This document shows, in pieces, positions 39,469-48,862 of a stretch of DNA of 64,000 bases (position 1 is its first letter; each line of letters starts with the position of its first letter). The position numbers were made by a program, and so were the translations under genes. This stretch comes from Terrimicrobiaceae bacterium (lineage in GTDB: Bacteria; Verrucomicrobiota; Verrucomicrobiia; Chthoniobacterales; Terrimicrobiaceae): assembly GCA_041738805.1 (NCBI GenBank), contig JBGSPC010000069.1:19610-83609 (forward strand), in the 5' to 3' direction. The notes under the pieces were generated by a model, which searched no databases, had not been told where the DNA came from, and saw only the letters and a list, made by a program, of their open reading frames with translations.

Positions 39469-40644
39469 TTACCAGGCCAGCCGGTAGAGATCTGCAATCT
39501 CTGATGCGATGGGGATCCGGGGGTTATTGCCCGGGCTGCCGGAAGCCAAGGCATCTGTGGCCATTTTTTCGAGATGGGAATCAAAAACCGCACGAGTCAC
39601 ACCCCGGCACTGCGAGAGTCGCGGGAGTTCAAGGTCTGCATTGAGCTGGTCAAGCCATCCGATCAAACGCTCGCACGCCGCGATGTCCTCGAGGTCGGAC
39701 GAAGCACATCCGATGCTGCGGGCGATGGTGGCATAGCGGGCTGGTGCATCCTTGAAGGAAAACCGGGTGACGGTTGGGAGCAGGATGGCATTTGAGAGGC
39801 CATGCGGCAGGTGAAACACGGCTCCAATGGGACGGCTCATTCCGTGGACAAGGGCAACGCTGCTATTTGAAAAGGCCATGCCTCCCAGCGTGGCGGCCAG
39901 CATCATGGCCTCGCGGGCGGTGCGATGGTCAGGCTCCCCCCATGCCGTCCGAAGATGCCTTGCACAGAGCTCAATGCATTGCAAAGCCAGTGGATCTGTG
40001 AGTGCATTGGCCTTGCGTGAAACAAAAGCCTCGATGCCATGCGTGAGGGTGTCCACACCCACGGCCGCTGTCAGCCCTTGGGGCATCGAAAGGGTGAGTT
40101 CAAAATCCACGATGGCGGCGCTTGGAAGCAGAGGCGCACTAAGCATCATCATTTTTTCATGTTTTGCCGTATTGGTGATCACAGCCACTTTGGTGGCTTC
40201 ACTGCCCGTGCCGGCCGTGGTGGGAATGGCGATGAGAGGAATACCGCGATGGGGAATTTTATGGAGCCCCATGTAATCACTCAGGGGTTTGCGATTATTG
40301 GGACGAATGGCGATCACCTTGGCGGTGTCAATCGGGGATCCTCCTCCGAGAGCCACAAGAATATCCGACCGGCTCGCCTCTAACGCCTCCACCCCCGCAG
40401 CCACATTCTCATCGGTTGGATCAGGTTGAACATCATCGAAGACCGCCACACTCAATCCCTGGTTGCGAAGCATTCCCATAACCTCTTCAGCGACCCCAAG
40501 GCTCACGATTCCAGGGTCTGTGACAAGAAGAACCCGTGTGCCACCCAGCTCCCGAACAAGATTCGGCAACTGATTGCGACATCCACCACCATGGAGGATG
40601 GTGGCGGGAACATCAAAGCGGTGGAGGGGAGATTCCTGAATCAT
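39469..40644 (-). CDS. Iron-containing (group III) alcohol dehydrogenase
   Basis: The Fe-ADH fold motifs are present: GGGSPIDTAK (NAD binding), HGIEAF and HGLSNAILLP (metal-binding His). I placed the start at MIQESPLHRF (40644) so it sits 11 nt downstream of the mmsA stop. The ORF track start at 40821 overlaps mmsA. Confidence 0.85.
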   Translation of the reverse strand: MIQESPLHRFDVPATILHGGGCRNQLPNLVRELGGTRVLLVTDPGIVSLGVAEEVMGMLRNQGLSVAVFDDVQPDPTDENVAAGVEALEASRSDILVALGGGSPIDTAKVIAIRPNNRKPLSDYMGLHKIPHRGIPLIAIPTTAGTGSEATKVAVITNTAKHEKMMMLSAPLLPSAAIVDFELTLSMPQGLTAAVGVDTLTHGIEAFVSRKANALTDPLALQCIELCARHLRTAWGEPDHRTAREAMMLAATLGGMAFSNSSVALVHGMSRPIGAVFHLPHGLSNAILLPTVTRFSFKDAPARYATIARSIGCASSDLEDIAACERLIGWLDQLNADLELPRLSQCRGVTRAVFDSHLEKMATDALASGSPGNNPRIPIASEIADLYRLAW

Positions 40645-40654
40645 AGCGGCTTTT

Positions 40655-42124
40655 TTACCAACCCATGGCGCGGACATAGCTTTTGTCCCAACGTGAAAGC
40701 ACACATTTCTGGCGTGTGTAAAACATAACACCTTCGATGCCCTGCACATGGAGGTCTCCAAAGAAGCTGTGATTCCAACCGGAGAAACTGAAAAGGGACA
40801 TGGGAGCTGGCACTCCGACATTCACGCCAAGCATGCCCGCTTGCATTTCCTGCACAAATTGGCGCGCGGCATCCCCGCTGTTGGTAAAGATGGAAGCCCC
40901 GTTTCCAAAGGTCAGGCTGTTCATCATTTCGATGGCCTCGGTGAGTGTCTGTGGACGCACCAGGGAAAGGACCGGTCCAAAAATTTCCTCATCAAACAGT
41001 TTCATTCCAGGCTTCACGTCATCCACCAGTGCCGGCCCGGCAAAAAAGCCGGCGTCAGGGGCCTGAGCGCTGGCATCGAAGGCAACATTGGCTCCTTCCC
41101 CAGGCGCTTGGGCAAGGTATTTTTGCACGCGCTGCTGCGCAGCGGCGTCAATCACGGGGCCCATGTCGGCCTTGGGATCCGCACCGGGATCGCCCACCCG
41201 GAATGTTCGGAGAGCCGAAGTCACACGCTCCCGCCATTCGTCCGCTGTCGTCTTGCCCACGCCCATCAGCACGGAGCCCGCCATACAGCGCTGTCCTGCG
41301 CATCCGAAAGACGATCCCAAAATGGCGCGGAGGGTGGGGTCGGGATCCGCATCGGGCATCACAAGAAGGACATTTTTTGCGCCGCCGGCAGCCTGCACGC
41401 GTTTTCCGTGCTGGCAGCCAAGGGCGTAAACATGGGCCGCAATGGCTGATGAGCCCACAAAACTGATGGCGGAGATGCCCCGGTGAATACAAAGGGCATC
41501 CACCACGTCCCGGGCACCATGAACGATGTTGAACACCCCATCCGGCAAGCCCGCTTGCGCAAACAGCTCTGCAAGACGCATGGCGGTGAGAGGAACTTTT
41601 TCACTGGGTTTGAGGATGAAGGAATTGCCGCAAGCGATGGCCATGGGATACATCCACATCGGCACCATCGCAGGAAAATTGTAGGGTGTGATGCCGGCAC
41701 ACACACCGAGGGGTTCCCGCATGGTGGTGGCATCAATGTGTTCGGCGACGCGCGGAAGGCTCTCGCCCTTGGTCAGGTGGGCGATCCCACAGGCAAATTC
41801 CACAACTTCGATCCCCCGCCGCACATCACCCCGGGACTCATCAAGGGTCTTGCCGTTTTCACGCGTCACAAGTTGGGCCAAGCCCTCAAAGTCCTGCTCC
41901 AAAAGGTCGCGGTAACGGAACATGATTGCTGCCCGTTTGGGCGCAGGCGTTCGGCTCCAAGTGGTGAACGCTTTTTTTGCCGCGGTCACCGCGTTGTCAA
42001 CATCCGCTGCCATGGACAACGGAGTTTGGGCGATCACCTCCCCCGTGGATGGGTTATGCACAGGGACGCTGCTTGTGCCGCTGGATTCAGTCCAAAGGCC
42101 GCCGATGAAGTTTTTTATGATCAT
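40655..42124 (-). CDS. mmsA: CoA-acylating methylmalonate-semialdehyde dehydrogenase (MmsA/IolA family aldehyde dehydrogenase)
   Basis: ALDH superfamily with catalytic Cys (FGCAGQRCMA). The family-specific C-terminal region is FSFSGWNHSFFGDLHVQGIEGVMFYTRQK. Confidence 0.85.
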   Translation of the reverse strand: MIIKNFIGGLWTESSGTSSVPVHNPSTGEVIAQTPLSMAADVDNAVTAAKKAFTTWSRTPAPKRAAIMFRYRDLLEQDFEGLAQLVTRENGKTLDESRGDVRRGIEVVEFACGIAHLTKGESLPRVAEHIDATTMREPLGVCAGITPYNFPAMVPMWMYPMAIACGNSFILKPSEKVPLTAMRLAELFAQAGLPDGVFNIVHGARDVVDALCIHRGISAISFVGSSAIAAHVYALGCQHGKRVQAAGGAKNVLLVMPDADPDPTLRAILGSSFGCAGQRCMAGSVLMGVGKTTADEWRERVTSALRTFRVGDPGADPKADMGPVIDAAAQQRVQKYLAQAPGEGANVAFDASAQAPDAGFFAGPALVDDVKPGMKLFDEEIFGPVLSLVRPQTLTEAIEMMNSLTFGNGASIFTNSGDAARQFVQEMQAGMLGVNVGVPAPMSLFSFSGWNHSFFGDLHVQGIEGVMFYTRQKCVLSRWDKSYVRAMGW

Positions 42125-42129
42125 AGTTT

Positions 42130-43182
42130 TTAGAAATTGCCGGCCCGCTCTTCGTAGTGGGTTGGTTTGTGATGCAGGGGCATGCCGCGATCAAGCCAAT
42201 CGGCATTCCAACGGATCATGGTTTCAAGATCTATCACGGGATCCCCGAAAAGCGATTTTGCCTCAGAACAATCATTATGCCAAGCGGTGTCCTGCTCAGT
42301 CCCCACAAAAACCGGATCTTTGCCAAAGAGTTCCCCAAAGCGCTTGGCAGCGGTGCGAACGATGGTTGTTCGGGGGGCCCCGATGTTGATGGCGGTGGCA
42401 GGCACAGTGCCCTGACCCAAACAACGGAGGATGTGAGAGATCGCGTCACCCTGCCAAATGCAATTCGCCACGCCCGTGCGGATATCGATGGGAGTGCCCT
42501 TGCGAACCCACTGGGCAATGTCACTCAGGACGCCGTAACGGCAGTCAATGGCGTAGTTCAGGCGTGCCAAACGTCCGGGACTTCCGGTCTTCTCAGAAAA
42601 ATATTGAAAGACCCGCTCACGGGCCACACACCCATTGGCGTATTCACCAAGCGGTGTCGGTGGGGTGTCATCGGGCCTCGCGCCGGCCCCGGCCACCGGG
42701 GTGAAGGGATAAACACAGAGTGTTGAGAACGCCACAAAGCGGGTTCCACGAAACTGCTCGCCCACATACGCCGGCACAACGGCATTCATCGCCCACGCAA
42801 ACGGCTCACCGCCCGTCACCCCAAATTTTTTTCCCGCCATATAAATCACGTTGGCCACTTTCGGCAAACGTGCAACGGCCTCGGGGTCAAGCAGGTCACA
42901 GGTGATGGTTTCCACGCCAGCTGCTTCCAACCGATCTTTCACACCGGAATCGCTGAAACGTGCGGCTCCGATGATGCGTTTCTGTGGAGCCGCGCGCTTT
43001 GCCATCATCGCAAGGGTGGGTCCGACTTTTCCGGCGACGCCGAGGATGAGAATGTCTCCGTCAAGGCGGGCAAAATCCTCCACAAGCCCGCGGGTCGGAG
43101 TGGAAAGAAAATCCTCCAGATGGGCTTCGTCGCGGAAGCTGTCTGGAAGGACACTGTCTTCAAGGATTGTGAGGGATGGCAT
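42130..43182 (-). CDS. NAD-dependent epimerase/dehydratase (extended SDR) family protein
   Basis: It has a Rossmann GxxGxxG (ILILGVAGKVGPTL) and is about 350 aa. It ends 6 nt upstream of mmsA. Confidence 0.65.
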   Translation of the reverse strand: MPSLTILEDSVLPDSFRDEAHLEDFLSTPTRGLVEDFARLDGDILILGVAGKVGPTLAMMAKRAAPQKRIIGAARFSDSGVKDRLEAAGVETITCDLLDPEAVARLPKVANVIYMAGKKFGVTGGEPFAWAMNAVVPAYVGEQFRGTRFVAFSTLCVYPFTPVAGAGARPDDTPPTPLGEYANGCVARERVFQYFSEKTGSPGRLARLNYAIDCRYGVLSDIAQWVRKGTPIDIRTGVANCIWQGDAISHILRCLGQGTVPATAINIGAPRTTIVRTAAKRFGELFGKDPVFVGTEQDTAWHNDCSEAKSLFGDPVIDLETMIRWNADWLDRGMPLHHKPTHYEERAGNF

Positions 43183-43197
43183 AAAAGGGCAGGGGAA

Positions 43198-44265
43198 TCA
43201 GGCCAACCAGCGGTCAAGATTGGAGGCCACAAAGTCATCATCGGTGAGATGGGGATACGCGGCGCAGACACGGTCGATTTCCTCACCTTGACCCGGGGAA
43301 AGCACCTCCTCCCGCTTGAGAGTCCAGAGGCCTTCAAGCAAACCCTGACGCCGCAGCACCTCGTTGACGCCCGGAATGCTGCCTGCATAATTGTGGGATG
43401 GATCAAAAAGCGCCGCATTGGCATCGGTGACCTGGGCCGAGAGGGTCAGGAGTTCGGGGGTGATGGGTTGGTTCTCATCGGCCATTTGGAGAAGCCTTGT
43501 GTGCAGTTCGACCGCCCGCTTTGTCCAGCAGGCCCACTGGCCCAGAAGGCCCCCGCGAATGCGGACGGTGCGGGCCTTCTCCGCTGGACCGAAGCGGAAC
43601 GGGGTCACCAGATCGTAAATGATGCTGTCATCGTTGCCGGTGTAGAGGGTGATATCGTCCTGCCGCCCCGAGTCGGCCAGTGCGCGCGCCACATCGATGG
43701 TGGCATAACGATCAAAGGGGGCAATTTTGATGCCGATGATGTTTTCCAGTTCAACCAGCTCGCGCCAGAACGTATACGGCAACTTGATTCCACCGACACC
43801 GGTGAGCAGGTAGAATCCAAAAAGAGGCATGACCTTTCCCAACTCACGCATGTGATGGATCATCTCCTGTTCCATCGCCCCCTGAAACGCAGCCATCGAA
43901 ACAATGGCGGAATGATAACCAAGGTCGCGGGCGGTTTCTGCTTGTTTCAAGGCGGATGCGGTGTGTCCGTTGATTCCGGCAATTTTTGCAACCGGTCGGC
44001 CTTGGGAATAGGCATCAATTTCCTCCGCGCACACACGCAGCACGGTTTCGAAGAGGTCGACGCCAGGAGTGCGGATTTCAAACTGGGTGAAATGCATGCC
44101 GACCGCAACGCCGCCAACGCCCGCATCGATATAATAACGCATCAACGCCCGCTGGCGGCGCTCATCAAAATGACGACGGGAGTTCAGTGCCAGAGGAGTG
44201 GCGGGAATCACGGTCCCTTGCCGGATGAGGTCAAGAACAGCGGAAGGGAGGTCAGTGTGTGTCAT
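43198..44265 (-). CDS. DapA-like (dihydrodipicolinate synthase/N-acetylneuraminate lyase family) TIM-barrel aldolase, divergent
   Basis: VIPATPLALNS...RYYIDAGVGGVAVGMHFTQFE resembles the DapA-family N-terminal TPF...GVDGIVVGGTTGE region. The match is divergent and the call is tentative. Confidence 0.45.
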   Translation of the reverse strand: MTHTDLPSAVLDLIRQGTVIPATPLALNSRRHFDERRQRALMRYYIDAGVGGVAVGMHFTQFEIRTPGVDLFETVLRVCAEEIDAYSQGRPVAKIAGINGHTASALKQAETARDLGYHSAIVSMAAFQGAMEQEMIHHMRELGKVMPLFGFYLLTGVGGIKLPYTFWRELVELENIIGIKIAPFDRYATIDVARALADSGRQDDITLYTGNDDSIIYDLVTPFRFGPAEKARTVRIRGGLLGQWACWTKRAVELHTRLLQMADENQPITPELLTLSAQVTDANAALFDPSHNYAGSIPGVNEVLRRQGLLEGLWTLKREEVLSPGQGEEIDRVCAAYPHLTDDDFVASNLDRWLA

Positions 44266-44378
44266 AAAGGATTCAGCAGGGAGAGGGGAAATTGCGACTT
44301 GCCATGAGCAGACTTAAGTCTTTTTGCGGCCCACCTTCAAGAGGCCAATCACTTATCACGATAAGTGATTCGACCCGC

Positions 44379-45419
44379 CTAGAAATCCAGCGTGAGTCGG
44401 GGACCAATCTGACGAAGGCTTTTTCCGTTGACCCAATGACCTTCGATCAGGGTGATTTTCGGATAGGGCGGTATGCCGAACTGGTTCATGGCGATTTTGG
44501 ATGCGACAAGCTCCACGGTCGCCGCTCCGATGTGTTCATAGCGGTCATTGATCCCGGCCAGCGTGGAGCGGGGCGGCCGGATCACGCAGGCCAATCCGAC
44601 ATCATCCGGCCACCCCAGACCAAGCCTCTTGAGCCACTGGCCCTCATGACCATACAGGGTGAGCAGGGCTTCGGGCTTCCATTTTGAAAACCATTTTTGG
44701 AAGGCCGGAAACGACTTTTCTTCTTCCGAACCCACAAAGACCGGAATGCGTCTTTCTTTTGGCAACCGGTTTTGGCATGTCAGAAATCCATCGATCCAGC
44801 GGGTGCCCCGGCCCCGGGCATAAAAAGACGGAATGATCATTCCCACCCGGCTGTATCCCGACTGGCAAAGCTTTCGAAAAGCCAACACCACGTTTTGGTC
44901 GTGATCATGGGCCACGCGGTCCAACTGCTGCTGCTCCCACCCATATCCTGTGCCGACGCAGGCATAGCGATTCCATTTGATCGCGATGCGCTGGTTCCCC
45001 AAATAGGGCGGAGCAAGGATGAGTCCATGGATGCCCCGTGAATACAGTATGAGATCCAGCTTGGCGGCGGTCAGTCCGGGATCCGTGAGAAAAAAGCATT
45101 CGGCTCGAAAGCCCAACTCCTCACAGCGTCGCCGCACCCCCTCAAAATAAATCTGATAGGACTCATGTCCAAACCACTCCTGCCTGGAATAAACGTCCAC
45201 GATCAGAGCAATCACGCCTTTTTCTCTGGCCCTCCGGCCAGCTTGGATCTGAGTCATCAGCGTGCTGACATAGGGGTTCGGGCGATACCCCATTTGCCGG
45301 GCTGTTCGCTGAATCTTTTTTCGCAGGTCAACCGAGATCGAAGGATGGCCTCTCAAAGCCAGGGAGACTGCCACCTGACTGATTCCAAGAGCTTTGGCGA
45401 TGTCACGTTGGTTTGGCAT
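44379..45419 (-). CDS. LacI-family transcriptional regulator
   Basis: N-terminal HTH (NQRDIAKALGISQVAVSLALRG) followed by a periplasmic-binding-protein-like effector domain. Confidence 0.85.
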   Translation of the reverse strand: MPNQRDIAKALGISQVAVSLALRGHPSISVDLRKKIQRTARQMGYRPNPYVSTLMTQIQAGRRAREKGVIALIVDVYSRQEWFGHESYQIYFEGVRRRCEELGFRAECFFLTDPGLTAAKLDLILYSRGIHGLILAPPYLGNQRIAIKWNRYACVGTGYGWEQQQLDRVAHDHDQNVVLAFRKLCQSGYSRVGMIIPSFYARGRGTRWIDGFLTCQNRLPKERRIPVFVGSEEEKSFPAFQKWFSKWKPEALLTLYGHEGQWLKRLGLGWPDDVGLACVIRPPRSTLAGINDRYEHIGAATVELVASKIAMNQFGIPPYPKITLIEGHWVNGKSLRQIGPRLTLDF

Positions 45420-45454
45420 GTTATCCGTCCCTCCAGGGTCGCATCAGCAACGGC

Positions 45455-45826
45455 CTAACCCTCTGGCGGGGATGACCCGCACGGGTGTTGATGGGTGACA
45501 GATTCCATGACCCATGCCGCATAAGCGGAGCTGGTTCCCGATGGTTCCCACATGAGGATCTCAGGCGTTTCATAGGGATGGAGAGACAAGAGACGGGTTT
45601 GTAACTCTGTGGACATATTGGAGGTGGTTTTAAAAAGAACCACAGTTTCTTGCGCGTCCTCGATCTGCTCTTTCCAACGATAGATCGAACGAGATTTCGG
45701 CAGAATGGTTCCGCAGGCGGCAAGGCGCTCCTCCACGAGTTGACGAACCACCTTCGCGGCAGATGCTTCATCGGCAAATGTGGTCAGAACAAGACTGATT
45801 GTGTTGGTTGATGGAACTTCAGGCAC
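45455..45826 (-). CDS. cutA: Divalent-cation tolerance protein CutA
   Basis: A 123-aa protein with CutA1 hallmarks (SLVLTTFADEASAAKVVRQLVEERLAACGTI...YRWKEQIE...LHPYETPEI). Confidence 0.85.
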   Translation of the reverse strand: MPEVPSTNTISLVLTTFADEASAAKVVRQLVEERLAACGTILPKSRSIYRWKEQIEDAQETVVLFKTTSNMSTELQTRLLSLHPYETPEILMWEPSGTSSAYAAWVMESVTHQHPCGSSPPEG

Positions 45827-45965
45827 GGGCTATTACGGTATTCTTGTTTCACGAAACACCCATGATCCGCTTACCCGGTTTGGGTGACGCTCCACCGCAT
45901 AACACTGGGTCCTATCAAGCATATAAATAACATAAACCAGCGCGACTGCGCGGCAAGTCTGGGCT

Positions 45966-46508
45966 TCACCTTAGAATCGATGTGCTCTTCTGAATGGCAG
46001 ACCCGGGGATCTGCTGCTGTCGCATTTGCTGTTGGGCGAAGCCTGCGAGCTGATGTCCCCTGGCTTGGGGGCCGGCCAAAGCGAGTTGGGTGAGGATTTG
46101 GCGGTTGAGGTTATCGATTTCGGGTCGGATGTCCTGGGCAAGGTTTCTTGGGGGGAGGAGTGGCAGAGGACCTCCTTTGTTCCATTGGGAGATCAGGTGG
46201 GATTGGTAAGCCCGGGACGCCGCCATCTGGGCCCGGAAGAATCGCCGGACTTGGTTGGGAGGGAGTCCTTGCCCGACACCCAGCGCCACAACCCGTGCCA
46301 GGCTTTCGGCCTCCCGCTGACGATCCAGCACGGGCAAGCCATCACGAAATTTGATCCAAGCCACTTCCCTGGCAAGAAGTAATCGCGTGGTGGTCAGTTC
46401 CACCAAAAGGGTTTGGGCGGTGCTGGGAGCCCATGCGGGTTCAGGGCGGGATGCACACCCGGCAAGCATCAAGACCAAGGCAAAAAAATGGAGCCAGGGC
46501 TTCGTCAT
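45966..46508 (-). CDS. Secreted/lipoprotein AroQ-type chorismate mutase-like protein (tentative)
   Basis: Lipobox (LVLMLAGCAS). It is helical with an LLVELTTTRLLLAREVAWIKF...DRQREAESLARVVALG pattern reminiscent of periplasmic chorismate mutases. Support is weak. Confidence 0.35.
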   Translation of the reverse strand: MTKPWLHFFALVLMLAGCASRPEPAWAPSTAQTLLVELTTTRLLLAREVAWIKFRDGLPVLDRQREAESLARVVALGVGQGLPPNQVRRFFRAQMAASRAYQSHLISQWNKGGPLPLLPPRNLAQDIRPEIDNLNRQILTQLALAGPQARGHQLAGFAQQQMRQQQIPGSAIQKSTSILR

Positions 46509-47695
46509 CAAGTCTTCGAAAGACGTTCCACGGGTTTGTCCCAAAGCAAATCATGCGCCTTTCTCAAAAGCTCCGGGATTTGCGGGGCAAAAGGACTGTT
46601 TGCAAGGCATTTCCTAAGGGCAGCTTCATCAAATTCCCCGGCATTTTTTCCCGGAAACCAATGACCCGCATTCCCAAGCAGGTTATAGCGCATTTTGCCG
46701 AAGGGGATCATATCCAGGGATTGTGCATAATTCCAGAGCCTCAGGATTTCCCAAACATTCACATCCCCCGGTACGTCCTCCCATTCAGGAATCCCTTCCT
46801 GCCAGCGCGTGACCCAATCGGCTCCGAGAGACTCTGTCATCATGCCTAAAAGCCGGCTCTCGATTTCTGGAACCAGCCCGGCAGCGCGTTCATAGTTTTT
46901 CAGGGCATCCAAATGGGCATCAAAATCCGAAGGCTTCGAAGCGCCAATGCTTAGTGTGTGAACCTCGGGTCGAAGCAGGCAAAAAAGATCATTAAAGGCC
47001 ATCGGCGTGAGGGGCGCACACAGATTCACCAGTTTTTCTGTGGGCTCGTACAGTTTTCCGCCTTTGTCATTCGGGCTGATAATAAAAACCCCGGCATCCT
47101 GTTTTTCGGCTTCTTTGATGGCGGGCCAGTTTGATTGGTTGATCCAGTACCAATGAAGATTCACATAATCGAATTCGCCGGTGGCGAGAGCCTTGGTGAT
47201 CAGGGGGCAGGAGCCGTGGGTCGAAAACCCAAGGAACCGCACGCGCCCTTCCTTTTGAAGCTGACGCCCCACCTCAAGGGCACCGCCTTTGCAGAGGGTG
47301 GCTTCCAGACATTCCTCGTTATTGATGCCGTGAAATCCCAGCAGATCGACATGATCCAAACCGAGTAGCGACATGCTACGGTTGAAGGATTTCAGAAATT
47401 CATCCGCCTTGGCCGGGCCGACCTTGGTCTGAACGATCATTTGTTCGCGCGGAAGACGGGGCAGAATTTTTCCCAGTTGGAGTTCCGACGTGCCATAGCC
47501 GCGGGCCGTCTCGATGTGGTTGATCCCGACCTCCAAAGAACGCTCGATCGTGGCCTCGAGGTTTTTTTGTTTATCGGCATCAATTTTGTCCCATCCAAGA
47601 TCCTCCCAGTGATCCTGATACCGCATTCCTCCACAGGAAAAAACCGGCATTTCCAGTCCGGTGCGGCCAAAGCGACGTTTGAGCATAGTGGTCAT
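46508..47695 (-). CDS. Aldo/keto reductase family oxidoreductase
   Basis: AKR N-terminus (LKRRFGRTGLEMPVFSCGGMRY) and the INHIETARGYG region. Confidence 0.8.
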   Translation of the reverse strand: MTTMLKRRFGRTGLEMPVFSCGGMRYQDHWEDLGWDKIDADKQKNLEATIERSLEVGINHIETARGYGTSELQLGKILPRLPREQMIVQTKVGPAKADEFLKSFNRSMSLLGLDHVDLLGFHGINNEECLEATLCKGGALEVGRQLQKEGRVRFLGFSTHGSCPLITKALATGEFDYVNLHWYWINQSNWPAIKEAEKQDAGVFIISPNDKGGKLYEPTEKLVNLCAPLTPMAFNDLFCLLRPEVHTLSIGASKPSDFDAHLDALKNYERAAGLVPEIESRLLGMMTESLGADWVTRWQEGIPEWEDVPGDVNVWEILRLWNYAQSLDMIPFGKMRYNLLGNAGHWFPGKNAGEFDEAALRKCLANSPFAPQIPELLRKAHDLLWDKPVERLSKT

Positions 47696-47704
47696 AAAAA
47701 AAGG

Positions 47705-48862
47705 TCAGTTGGCCGCGAGAACCGCGACGCACTCGATTTGAGCGGTTTGAGGAAACATGTCAACCGGGCAAACCCGTCGGAGGGTGTGGGTGGAGGAAAG
47801 TTTTTTCAGATCCCGTGCAAGAGTGGCCGGGTCGCAGGAGACATAGATGATGCGGGCTGGCGGGCGACAGGCGATCTGATCGATCACGGTTTGGGGCAGT
47901 CCCTCGGCCGGAGGATCAAAAAGAACCGTTGTTTCGTCAGAGGGAGCCGCAGCCATGGCGCTTTCGAGGTGCTCAATGACGTCGCCCTGAATGTAACGCA
48001 CATGGGCTGGTGATTCCCGGCGGGCGTGACGGACAGCGTCTGCGCTCCACTCGAGCCCGACAATTTCCTGGAAACGGGATTGCAGCCGCCGGGCGAAAAA
48101 TCCCGCTCCACAATAAGCATCCACCAAAAGCGGGCCACCGGGTTTGGCGGCATCTTCAACCACGCTGAGCAGGAGTTCCGCAGCGGCATCATTCACCTGA
48201 CGGAATCCGTAAAACTCCGAGGGTTCGCGCAGGGCATATTCCCCTTCCTCGGGTTTCTGTTTCCGTAGCTCGGCCAGCTTGGTGTTCACTCCGGGACTTG
48301 CAATAGGACACTCCGCGACATCAACCACCTTTCGGGTGCCCCGCTCAAAAAATCCGGTTTTTCCTGCGCGGCTGTGGACGCTGATACGATTACGGTAGCC
48401 GTATTCCTGCGGGGAGGGGATCACGGGTTCGACGGGTGGATCGGCAAGGCCACCGATCCTGGTGAGCACTTCAATCACTTGATCGCGCTTGATGGTGAGT
48501 TGGTGGGGATAGGCGATGTGTTGATACTGGCAGCCGCCGCAGGTTCCAAACACGGGACACGGCGGGATAACGCGCTGGGGCGATGCTTCGTTCAGAGTTT
48601 CCAACCGGGCTTCTGCGTAAGATTTTTTGTCACGAAGAATCCGCGCTGTCACAACTTCCCCGGGAATCACGTAAGGGACAAAACAAATTTTTCCGGCTGG
48701 AAGCGTGCCAATGCCAGATCCGCCGAAGGCGATCTTTGTGATGATGAGACGTGCGTTTTCCAAAGTGCGATTCGGGTTGCCGGCCGGCTCAGGGCTTCTG
48801 CTTGCCAAAATAGGTTGCGAGGAGGGACTTGACGGATTCAAGACCCTCCATGTTTTTTGCAC
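47705..48862 (-). CDS. rlmD: TRAM-domain 23S rRNA (uracil-C5)-methyltransferase, RlmD/RumA family; start probably downstream of the listed one
   Basis: TRAM domain (RLIITKIAFGGSGIGTLPAGKICFVPYVIPGEVVTARI) and Fe-S Cys cluster (CPVFGTCGGCQYQH). Class I MTase motif I (LVDAYCGAGFFA) and catalytic FDPP (VLFDPPAEG). The listed start is a GTG directly after an in-frame stop and overlaps obg by 74 nt. A TTG near 48763 is a more plausible start. Confidence 0.8.
   Translation of the reverse strand: MQKTWRVLNPSSPSSQPILASRSPEPAGNPNRTLENARLIITKIAFGGSGIGTLPAGKICFVPYVIPGEVVTARILRDKKSYAEARLETLNEASPQRVIPPCPVFGTCGGCQYQHIAYPHQLTIKRDQVIEVLTRIGGLADPPVEPVIPSPQEYGYRNRISVHSRAGKTGFFERGTRKVVDVAECPIASPGVNTKLAELRKQKPEEGEYALREPSEFYGFRQVNDAAAELLLSVVEDAAKPGGPLLVDAYCGAGFFARRLQSRFQEIVGLEWSADAVRHARRESPAHVRYIQGDVIEHLESAMAAAPSDETTVLFDPPAEGLPQTVIDQIACRPPARIIYVSCDPATLARDLKKLSSTHTLRRVCPVDMFPQTAQIECVAVLAAN

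Noticed and set aside
40644-40821. N-terminal 59-aa extension of the Fe-ADH ORF overlapping the mmsA 3' end
   Set aside because: An internal Met (MIQESPLHRF at 40644) gives a standard Fe-ADH N-terminus and removes the overlap with mmsA. The extension is treated as an over-call.
48789-48862. 74-nt overlap between the rlmD-like ORF start and the obg 3' end
   Set aside because: The listed rlmD start is a GTG immediately following an in-frame TGA. The TRAM domain begins about 40 residues in. A downstream TTG (about 48763) is the more likely start, so the overlap is probably an ORF-calling artefact and not a real gene overlap.
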